Assembly (NCBI RefSeq): GCF_023055435.1
Contig: NW_025963891.1
Coordinates: forward strand, 10,292,001-10,356,000
Direction: 5' to 3'
DNA from: Haliotis rufescens
Lineage: Eukaryota
Length of the DNA: 64,000 bases
Position 1 is the first letter of the stretch; each line of letters starts with the position of its first letter. A program made the translations under genes and the position numbers. Positions 11,400 through 21,600 of this stretch are shown here, piece after piece. The notes beneath the pieces were generated by a model. It made no database searches. It worked only from the letters and a program-made list of their open reading frames with translations, and was not told where the DNA came from.

Positions 11400-13080
11400 G
11401 GAATTTTAAAAGATCATGATTTAGACACTTGATTTGAGTGCAACAACTCGCATGAATTGTTATCAGGGGAAATTACAGAAGAAGAAATTAAAGTAGCTGC
11501 CAATTTCTCAAAGTCTGGAAAATCTCCGGATATGGATGGTTTATCAATGTTTTTCAAAATTATGAAACACCCACTATGTAGATCAGCCTGTATTCCCTGA
11601 TCATTGGAATATTGGAATAATTTGCAACTTTATTTGAAAAAGGTAATAGGAGTGACCCAAATAATTACAGTGGAATGTCTTTACTTAATATCATGGGGAA
11701 AGTATTTACATCAATAGTTGATCATGGGTCGAGACTGTGATATTGATTAGAATTAAATGAATTGATAGAAAGGGTCTACGATAGATAACATCTCAGAAAT
11801 ACTTACGTAAGCCTAAACCCTTTTATGCAGCTTTCCTTTGATTTCCGTAAAGCCTTTGATAAGGTTGATAGGAATAAGTTATTGTATATGTTATTACAGA
11901 AGGGTTTTCATGGTAAAATGTATAATGTTTTAGAAAGCATGTACAGAAATGGTTGTGCTTGTGTACACTTAGGAAATTCGAGAAGTGGTATCTTTTCAAC
12001 GTCATGGGGTTGTATGCTTAGTCGTTTACTTTTCATATTTTTCATTTACCAGTTGGCTACTGATGTGATGGTAAGTGAACCGAATGATATCTTTGTAACT
12101 GATATGATTGATGTCATCAAGATGTTGTTGTTTGCAGATGATACTGATTTGGTGTCAGATATCAGTTGTTGACCTACAAAAAAAGCTATTGGCATAAGAA
12201 TGTTTTTGTCAAAAGAGGAATAAAGAGTTAAATTTAGAAAAATACGAGTCGTCTAAGGCGCCGCGATTCGCTGTGCAGAGTTGCACGCCAGAAACCTATG
12301 ATTGTGAGTCCGAATCCCGCTTTGCCCCGGGTTTCTAGGTTTGTCAGCACCATACCCGTGCTCGTGGGTTTCACCGAAGTGATAAACGTCTGAGACCTGC
12401 ATCACTTCGAGCTTTCCCCCCACATTAAGCTGACACGCCGTGATATTAGACGACTGGGCCACCCGTGCCCCCCCCCCCCCCCCCCCTATGTAGATAATAG
12501 AGGAGAAAACTGGGCGTCACATGTTAAAATGTTTTATTCCAAACAGGATTCTCATACGTCTGGATATCCCAGGAGTTTGAGGATGAATCTTATTTTATGA
12601 GTATAGCAGATGTATCAAAAGATAAATACTTCTGTATTTCTCGAGCCTGCATAATATATAACATCACATTTAACACAGATCTTATGAGAATTCTTGCTAA
12701 GTTTCGGTGTCTATCACATTGTTTGAAAATACAAATGCGACGTTAGAGTAAAACAGTATATGATTTGAGATGTCTAATTTGTGATAAATGTAACTTGATG
12801 GAAATCGAAAATGAATACCATTTTTTCCTGGTTTGTCACTACTGCAGGCCAAGCAGAACTATGTTGTTACCGATATACTATCATCGTTATCCATCAAGAC
12901 AGAAGCTGATAGATTTGATGCCAACCAGAAATAGAAAAACTTTTGAAAGGTTTAGCCATTTTCATTTAAAGGAAATTAATGATATGAATGAAATTCCATG
13001 GTTGATGTACATTCATGATATAGACATAGTATCGAAGATTTTCATCAGGGCAGAATCCTATGGGTTTGTAGCTTAATGTC
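11400..13080 (+). mobile_element. Non-LTR retrotransposon (LINE) ORF2 remnant: RT plus C-terminal Cys/His motif
   Basis: Degraded motifs ITEEEIK...KSPDMDG, DPNNY, DFRKAFDKVDR, GCMLS.LLF, LLFADD, and CDKCNLMEIENEYHFFLVC; interrupted by a SINE at 12248. Confidence 0.85.
12248..12472 (+). mobile_element. SINE family B copy with its 5' head inverted at the 3' end
   Basis: Body agtcgtctaaggcg...gccgtgata is followed by ttagacgactgggccacccgtgccccc, the reverse complement of the head. Confidence 0.8.
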
Positions 13081-13726
13081 CCGTTATGTTATACCCAGTG
13101 TCATCAAGATATACTTTTTAAAGGCGATCCAATTGTAAATTTCATGATTAATGCAATGTGACTTCACAGAATTCATGATAAGTATACATTTACAATTTAT
13201 AAACCACATGCCATTGGCAATGTGTGTAAGATTGTATTCTGGGCTGCGGGGCCTCCAAGTCTGTCATTTCGGCTGACATACGAGATGGTGGTGGGATCAG
13301 GGCAGTTGTTTGATGCCTTTTAGACTTTTAGACATATGACTCTTTTGGGGTCTAAATATGTACTTTGCATGACTATGTAATATGTTTTAAGTTTTGCCAA
13401 TCCTCTGTGTCAATTTAACCTGTTATCTTTTGTATTTTTATGATTCTTTTATGTTAAATAGTTGCATAATTGCATCAGGATGACTTTACAATTCTAAGCT
13501 GAATGCAATCAACACGACACTATGCTAGTTCTTAGCACCTGGAGATAAGACAATGCTGCGACAATGGTGCTGAAAATAGTTTGTGTCATTGCGCAGCTAC
13601 TAGCTAAGGTGTGGACCTACAGCAGATGACACAACCCCGGAGTATATAGCTTACGACCGTGAGCAGACCAGACAGTCCAGCTTACGACTGCGACCAACCC
13701 AGACTCTCCGGTTGACGACTCTGAAC

Positions 13727-14914
13727 ATGTCGGCCTTTACAATTCTCCTGATCACCATCCTTGGCCACCAGTTGGTGGATTCCGCCATTGTGTATAAGTG
13801 GCATGCTATAGACTATGAATGGCCAAGCACTTCAGTCAAACAAGCATCCATCAAAAACGGAAGTTTCATCATAAAAAATAACCTCCTCTCTGGCATAAAG
13901 ATCTACAATGAAAGTGTGTACGTGACGGTTCCTCGTACGAAGAAAGGCGTTCCTTCTGCTGTGAATGTGATAGTGGAGAAGAATGGGGAGGCAATCCTTA
14001 GACCCTTCCCCAGTTGGTCCATGCAGACAGTGGGTGACTGCTCAGCTATCCAGTTCGCCCAGAGTTTTGAGATTGATCAGTCAACTGGATGGATGTGGAT
14101 TATTGACACTGGCTTACATATAATCGCCGACCCTGGGCAGTTCTTGTGTCCCGCTAAACTAGTTATCTACGATATTAACGCTAAGAAGGTCATCCGAGTC
14201 CATACTTTTCCTGAAGCCGTCGCGCCAAAGATGCGGACGTACCTGAACGACATCGTGGTCCATAAAATTTCAGGAAAGCCTGCTTATGCTTACATCACCG
14301 ATACTGGAACAGCCAAACTTGTCGTTTATGATTTCAGAAAGGACAAATCGTACACATTTGCACACAAGAGCATGGCAGCAGAGAGCGGCCCAGCTACCAT
14401 AATCGATTTTGACAACACGAAATTTGTGTCAAAAACAGCGATAAATGGCATTGCTCTTTCACCCGACTCCCGGTACCTCTACTACTGCCCCTTGGCGTCA
14501 ATGAAACTCTATCGTGTCCCCACGTCAGTGCTTGCGCAAGAAAATGGTGACATTAGCAGATCTGTGAAAAACCTAGGAGACAAAGTTTCCCAGACGGGTG
14601 GCATGATGGCTGGCAGTAAAAGTTTGTTTTACGGAGCGTTGAATAAGAATGCTGTCTATAAATGGGATTTCACCAAGGACATGGCCATTGCAGCATCTGT
14701 TGACGACGTTACCCTGACAACACAGACCCAGGTGGTAAAGGATGAAGCGCTCATGAACTGGGTTGACAGCTTTGCTTTCGACACCAGTGGCCACCTCTAC
14801 TTTACAGTCAATAACGTGCCAAAGTTCCTTCAGAATACAATGGATTTTAAAGACACGGGCCCGTTTAATATGTTCGTTTGGAAGATTTATGTTGGCGAAA
14901 AGAATTATTGGTAA
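13727..14914 (+). CDS. Yellow/MRJP-family secreted protein, paralog 4 (intronless CDS)
   Basis: 395 aa from ATG 13727; signal peptide MSAFTILLITILGHQLVDS; Yellow/MRJP motifs; AATAAA at 15118. Confidence 0.93.
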   Translation: MSAFTILLITILGHQLVDSAIVYKWHAIDYEWPSTSVKQASIKNGSFIIKNNLLSGIKIYNESVYVTVPRTKKGVPSAVNVIVEKNGEAILRPFPSWSMQTVGDCSAIQFAQSFEIDQSTGWMWIIDTGLHIIADPGQFLCPAKLVIYDINAKKVIRVHTFPEAVAPKMRTYLNDIVVHKISGKPAYAYITDTGTAKLVVYDFRKDKSYTFAHKSMAAESGPATIIDFDNTKFVSKTAINGIALSPDSRYLYYCPLASMKLYRVPTSVLAQENGDISRSVKNLGDKVSQTGGMMAGSKSLFYGALNKNAVYKWDFTKDMAIAASVDDVTLTTQTQVVKDEALMNWVDSFAFDTSGHLYFTVNNVPKFLQNTMDFKDTGPFNMFVWKIYVGEKNYW

Positions 14915-15843
14915 ACCTTTCGACACCAACCCGACAAGCTAATTTGACTACCCAAAATTATTCACATACTCTGGGACTTAAGACTAATACGCTTTCGCAT
15001 ACAGTTAGTTCGGTTCTGTGATATAGATCTGTACTTTCTGTTATTGTCAGGAACATCATGGTGATGCTTACTTATTCTGATTAAAAAACATTCTTGTGAA
15101 GACTAAATTCCATGTATAATAAAATACTGATGATTACAACTGCCTTATGTGTCTGTTCAGTCTGGTGACAATAACCTCATTAATCCAGATTATATGATTC
15201 CTAGTAAACTATTTCAAATCAATACATTCCGTATTAACGAATCACGGTGCGCAATAGCAAGCTCGTCTAGAATGTGAGGTTTACGGACTAACGAGGTTTA
15301 ATTGTATATGAAGTCGAGCCACAGTGTCTTGTTTAAAAAAAAAAATATTATGACTTTTAATTTTTTTTTGCGAAAACAGGGCAGTGTGTGGCACCGGGCT
15401 TTGGTTAAACATTGTCGAGACATCTCGTGTCGCCAACTGTCTAATGATTGATAATGTAATTAACAATTTGGTTCGAAAGCCCACTGACAGAAAAATGGCA
15501 TTATCATACCTCCAAGTCAGCATGTCAGAAAGATGAGATCTGACTGGTCCACGTGATCTTGATAAAACACTGTGTGCCCCACCTTTGAGGGGAATACATT
15601 TCTCAGCGGGGGAATAAATCTCGTATACCCCGCCGCGTGCAAGTCAGGTTGCACGAGGATTCTGATAGGCAGAATAAAAGCCTTTATACCCCGCTTCAAA
15701 GCAAAAAGCCGCGTGCTTTTTCTGAGTCAAGTCATGTTACAGCGCAAGCTAACCTCAACTCAATCGAACAGCTGCTTTCTATCAATGTTGTACTTGTTTG
15801 AATTATTTAACAATGTCATATTAAAACATATCGGTAAGATACA

Positions 15844-15879
<36 letters not shown>

Positions 15880-16424
15880 TAAACTTCGCCGCATTTCTCG
15901 CATTTGCGACATTCTTTGTTGCCATGACCATCATCATTGATACTTTCGCTCCTGTCAGAAAGATGTCTTTACCTGTGTCTCTAGTATAGACATATGGATA
16001 TATCATAGCGAGGTCCGAAAACTAATGTATAAATGCATGGATGTATAATGTCAAGAGTTGAAGACTACATTATAGATGTATGGTTATCACTGGATACACG
16101 AGAAACTGGCTTCTTTCGAGCGGCGAGGAGAGAAATACTAGTATATTGCAGATAGATATATTTATTCCTGTACGATATGTTCTAGCATCTAATAAATAGT
16201 GTCAAACAGAAATATATGTGCATAAAGAAAATAAACATGAACATTTGAGTGGCTCGGTCAGTATTAAGTGATACTGGCAGTATGACCTTGTGGATTGTCA
16301 TATGATACCCGGAATGAGCATTGATACACATCAGATATGGGTGTCTCGGAACCCTGCTCACCTAGGCCTGTGCTTTCACCAGCATTTATTTCTAACGCCC
16401 TTGATTGCTTGGTACGTTTCGATG

Positions 16425-16925
16425 ACATTCCGGGGTAAATCAGTGAGTATTGCTGATGCGACGGTATTTCAGAGGTAAATCAATGTGTATTGCTGATGCG
16501 ATAGCATTTCAGGGATATATCAATGAGTATTGCTGATGCGACGGTATTTCAGAGGTAAATCAATGTCTATTGCTGATGCGGTAGTATTTCAGGGATAAAT
16601 CAATGTGTATTTGCTGATGCGATAGTAATTCAGGGATAAATCAATGTTTATTGCTGATGCGATAGTATTTCAGGGATAAATCAATGTCTATTGCTGATAC
16701 GATAGTATTTCAGGGATAAACCAATGTCTTTTGCTGATGCGATAGTATTTCAGGGATAAACCAATGAGTATTGCTGATGCGACGGTATTTCAGTGGTAAA
16801 TGAATGTGAGTTGCTGGTTTAACGGTAAATCAATATATTTTGCTGGTGCGACGGCATTTCAGGGGTAAATCAATGTAAATTACTGAAGCTACGGTATTTC
16901 AGAAGAAATTCAGTGTATATTACTG
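16425..16925. repeat. 40-bp minisatellite (~12 copies)
   Basis: Unit aatcaatgtgtattgctgatgcgatagtatttcagggata; tgctgatgcg recurs at 16451 and 16491. Confidence 0.95.
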
Positions 16926-17067
16926 TCTTCTTATAATGTGGCGCCCGTTGAACGTGGCTGAGAATATCGTGGTATAATATCGTTCCCCCTACTTAAACGA
17001 TTTCCTTATCATTAACGTAATTATTTCAAAACAAGCTATATTGTTCCTTTGGATAACATTTCGATTT

Positions 17068-17338
17068 GACCGTGAAGATCCGGGGTAGAATAGGTCTTCA
17101 GCAATCCATGCTTGCCGTAAAAGGCGGCTATGCTTGTCGTAAGAGGCGACTAACGGGATCGGGTGGTCAGGCTCGCTGACTTGGTTGATGCGTGTCATCG
17201 TATCCCAATTGCGTGGATCGATGCTCATGTTGTCAATCACTGGATTGTCCGATCCAGACTCGATTATTTACAGGCCGACGTCATATAGCTGGAATATTTC
17301 TGAGTGCGGCGTTAAACAACAAATAAACAAACAAACAA
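17068..17338 (+). mobile_element. SINE-like family C, full length
   Basis: Starts gaccgtgaagatccggggtagaa and ends (aaac)n; near-perfect TSD aacatttcgattt / aacatttagattt. Confidence 0.85.
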
Positions 17339-17360
17339 AACATTTAGATTTGAAACACAC

Positions 17361-17560
17361 AAGGAAGAGAATTTATGAATGTCGACTGCTTGATTATGAG
17401 GAACACATTTCAGAGTAAATACTTACTCCTTCATCAGGTGAATGAATGTTATATTACATGTTCTCTGCTTCACAGCATTTATTCACCTGATGAAGTATAT
17501 ACTCCGAAACGTTGTGTTCCTCATAATAAAGAAGTTGGCATCCCTAAATTCTCCCTTATA
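17361..17560. ncRNA. Inverted pair of Penelope-like-element terminal repeats with degenerate minimal hammerhead ribozyme motifs
   Basis: Plus copy: cacCTGATGAagtatatactccGAAAcGTTgtg (17484-17516). Minus copy: cacCTGATGAaggagtaagtatttactctGAAAtgtg (17440-17404). Arms homologous over about 85 bp. Confidence 0.7.
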
Positions 17561-17834
17561 TATTGTTACTGTTATGCATGGCGTATCCAGCTTGTTGCTG
17601 CATTCGGGCATGACAAGACATATCTATGAACAAAACAAGCTATTATCTTCTTAGACGGTACATCCGTGAACTTAGTCCTCCAATCACTATGGGAACTCCT
17701 GACGTCAGCAGCCGCCATTGTATACGTGGTCCTCTGCGGTACGACAGCACCTATCGATTGTCTGAGCCGTGCATGACTGGGGCTGGGCACGTGGAGAGAT
17801 TCGTCGGGTGGGGAAAAACAATGACAAGATATGT

Positions 17835-18240
17835 TTGTATATCATGGCAAGAGTTGAATACCACACAATACGTTCGTGGATATATCATGGCTAGATTTGA
17901 ATACCACACAATACGTTCGTGGATATATCATGGCTAGATTTGAATACAACAATCTACACACAAGGGTTTATCATGATGAGAGTTGAATACTGCAAAATAT
18001 ATTTACGGGTATATCATAGCTTGATTTGAATACAATAACATATGTACATGGATATATCTTGAAGAGAGTAGAATACTGTTATTGAGAGTTGAATAAAATA
18101 ATATATGTACATGGATATATCGTGACGCAAATGAGAATACTACTGTTCAGGTATATGGGAATATTATATCAATAGTTGAATATAATAATATATGTACACG
18201 GGTATGTGGTGGCGAGAGTACAATTGTACTGTTCAGATAC
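17835..18240. repeat. Degenerate ~43-bp minisatellite
   Basis: tatatcatggctagatttgaataccacacaatacgttcgtgga repeats (17838, 17881, 17924), decaying to the right. Confidence 0.8.
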
Positions 18241-19249
18241 AAGGGTAAATATTCAAGAACCGGATATATGATGAGTACTGCAGATGAGCTGTTAGGATAC
18301 CCCCCAACTAATATAATTTATTTGAAATATAAAAATTTCCAGATATGGAATTACTTGTGTTTCTTCACGAAGAATAAGCATTATGTGTATTTCACCCTTC
18401 TGTTCTCATTGATAACCTTTTAATACTGCTTCGTATCACGTCGCCATTACAGGTGAGTTGTTAGTACTATTTACAGCTTTGCCCTATTTGACGCTTTCCG
18501 TGCATGAGCGTGGTGATTAACGTGACCACAAGTCGACTATTGGTGATTAATGTTTACATTATTTAGACTGGCAATCTTCATTTAAGGTCAGAAATGGTTC
18601 GGATTTCTCTCTGTTGGTCTTTTGGCATATATTATTCAAAACAGTTCCAACACCTTAAAGCGAAAAATCAATTTTGGAATTGACGTTGTTATTGGTGTAT
18701 AACCTTGAACAGAGAACAAAGTCTGAATATTATCTACCTTATATATGAACGAGACGAGATAAGTATGTATATTTAGCTCACATACTGGTAGGCTATAGAA
18801 ATATACATATAAATTATGTAGACTAATATCTATAAGCAGAAGAGCAATTAAAAAACTTGACCCCGCGAATGAGTGATAATAATGGACAACCTGGGAACAA
18901 ACTAACAACCAGCGATCCTGGCATAACTAAGGGACGCAACTCTGGACATCCGATAACCATTCGTAATATCTTTTGAAACCCGTTTTATCGCCCGTTTTCA
19001 GACTGTACCACACAAAAACAAATTGACATTTATTAAATATGAATACAGTAATATTCACGAGATAACCACGAGATAACGCTCGGGGGTTTCACCTGTGTTG
19101 TAAAGGTCTGAGGCGTGCATCACTTCGGGCTTTCCTCCCACACCAAGGTGACACGCCGTTACATAACTAGAATACTGTTAAATCGGCGTTAAACAACTCG
19201 CCCATTACCAGATTGGTATATACATCAGTTTCAACTTCAAAGGTTGACG

Positions 19250-19410
19250 GGCGGTCGGGGAGCCTAGTGGGTAAAGCGTTCGCTCGTCACGCCGAAGACC
19301 CAGGTTCGATTCTCGACATTGGCACAATGTGTGAAGCCCATTTCTGGAGTCCCCCGCTGTGATATTGCTGGAATATTGTTAGAAGCGGCGTAAAACCATA
19401 CTCACTTACA
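19250..19410 (+). mobile_element. tRNA-derived SINE, family A
   Basis: Pol III A box (agcctagtgg) and B box (ggttcgattc); TSD caaaggttgacg at 19238-19249 and 19411-19422. Confidence 0.9.
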
Positions 19411-19964
19411 CAAAGGTTGACGACATGGGACGGGTATTTTGTCATATAAAATACCATCTTCTGTGCTATAGAGCATCTAGTCTTTACAAAGTGAACGAGT
19501 TGCTTGAACGCTACTTCAAACAGTATTTCAATTATTTTACGGAATTTTGATTAAGCCCCCACACACTGGTATGGTGCTAGCAAAAGGATCACAATCAGAG
19601 CGAAAATTGGATTCGAGTCCACGATGAGCGAATCCTCAGACTCGTAAGGGACGCAACTCTACAAACTGAACTGTTGCGACTTATACAGTTACTTATCCAT
19701 TCGCGCCCCTTTCATTTGTAAGCATTCCAATAGCCAACGAAAATATTCTTATAACGGCAATGTTTATTTACAATGAGGTCAAACTCCAATAACTCGAAAT
19801 ATCGATGTAGAATACCGGCTTATGTGCACTATGGTCTGATATTTCTACGTATCTCGAACTACGAACAACGTTGATACATCATTGATTGTACCTAAGACTT
19901 CGAGAGTTTTCTGTTGTTTGATGGAACTATGTGATGATAGTGTTGAAGCTTACGTATCATTATT

Positions 19965-20510
19965 GTGTGAGTGCGTGAGTGAGTTGGAATTAACGCCACT
20001 TTAAAGATTATTCAAGCTACATCACGGCGTGTCAGCTTAATGTGAGAAGAGAGCTCGAAGTGATGCAGCTCCCTGGCGTTTTCCGACTGCAAGAACAAAT
20101 TGTCGTATGACTACAATACATAGAGAATCGGCAACAGAAAACAATGACAAGTAAATTTACATATAACAGCGCAATATAGAATATTCTAGATGATTACAAC
20201 TATAATGGGGCTGAAGTATGTAAATTTACTCACTGTTTGTTAATCCTCCTTACGTGACGTCAACGTCCCTTTGTTCTGCGCATGCCTAGTCTGGGATGTT
20301 GCTGTCTGTGTTTTAGTGCTGCCGTTTCCATGTTTTCGGCAGCGTGCTCTCAGATTTATGATGCTGTTTCTTATTTTTTAGTTACGTTCTCATTGTTTTC
20401 TGTTGCCGATCCCTTGTTTTTTGTAGACATATGCCAGACTGTTGTCGCAGTCTGTCAGTTTCCATTGGTAGGCTTGTAATCAGGGCGAACTGGGATTCGA
20501 ACCGTATTAG
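19965..20510 (-). mobile_element. SINE family B split by a MITE
   Basis: Tail half at 19965-20084; sequence resumes after 20452 with gtaatcagggcgaactgggattcgaacc. Confidence 0.7.
20085..20452. mobile_element. MITE-like element with ~65-bp imperfect TIRs
   Basis: gactgcaagaaca...atcggcaacagaaaacaatga pairs with tcattgttttctgttgccgat...tgttgtcgcagtc. Confidence 0.75.
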
Positions 20511-21443
20511 TATTGACATGGTTTGGAACATACACTGCTGGGCAAAAGAAAGTATACACTTGAAAATTAGATTTGACGATAATCAAAATGGATATCAAAA
20601 CTTTACTGGGCTGACAACAGTTCACACTGCAAACGTTAGGTCCAAAACTCATCTACGATACTCGTATTAAATACACCACCATGGAATAACCATTTCTTGT
20701 TCGTTTCATGCTTAGCCATCTGCAAACATGGGTATATACTTTCTTTTGTCCGGCAGGTTATTTTGAGGAACTGTCAACACAGCGAACAATGAGGTTTCTT
20801 TGGTGCGCCACTTACTGCTGTCAACGATAAATATATCGATTCCTCTATAGCGATATATTCATGGATTTGAGACATTAGCTTAGTGGGGTTAAAGCATTTC
20901 CAAATTCCAATAATCAATCGATCAATCATCCACGAATATTAACCACAGCTCCGTCAAAGGCACCAATGGACATTCTATGATTACCGAGGTCGATAGTCAC
21001 TTATAAATCTAAATTCCAAACAAACTATACTGACTGTCACTAGTTTTAATATAGACAAGAGTGAGTGAGTTGTATTTTGCGCTTCTTTATATCAATATTT
21101 CTTTTATACCATAAACAATGATTGCTTTTGACGATATGAACGGTAACATCGGAGAATCAAGACTTTCCAACTGCCCACAAGCACTTGATCACTGCACTTA
21201 CCTCAGGTTTGTCCATTTTTCAAAGGTCATAGATCCCTGCTTAGTTTACTGACTTGTCAATACGAAACAATTTGCTTAATGGACTCACGTTTTTTGTGGA
21301 TATACATTAATGACTTCATCTATGTCCCCGACAAACTATTACACAAGTCCTTCTTCTTATCAATCAACCCTCGTACAACAAACCATTTTCAAACCACCTG
21401 GTTGTAACTACCTGGTTGTAACGACCTGGTTGTAACTACCTAA

Positions 21444-21600
21444 CGGCTTGTAGCCAAGTGCGTGACGTTCGCTCGTTACGCCAAAGGCAGGGTTCGATTC
21501 CCTTCATGGGTACAACATGTGAAGCCCATAACTGGTGTCCCCTGTCCTGAAATTGTTAAAATATTGTTAAAGGCTTCTTAAAACTCATGTAACTCACTCA
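21444..21600 (+). mobile_element. SINE family A (degraded)
   Basis: gggttcgattccc..catgggtacaa..tgtgaagcccat..ctggtgtcccc core. Confidence 0.7.

Noticed and set aside
622-14914. Bacterial contamination as the source of the intronless yellow genes
   Set aside because: The genes are interleaved with the same SINE, LINE and Tc1 families found across the window, including SINEs in the PKD2 introns; three of the four have AATAAA signals and all have eukaryote-type signal peptides.
16425-16925. 40-bp periodic array as CRISPR
   Set aside because: The whole unit is repeated; there is no repeat-spacer alternation.
21195-21340. Minus-strand splice donors (gag|gtaagt, c|gtgagt) suggesting a hidden gene
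   Set aside because: No convincing acceptor or recognisable coding frame could be linked to them.
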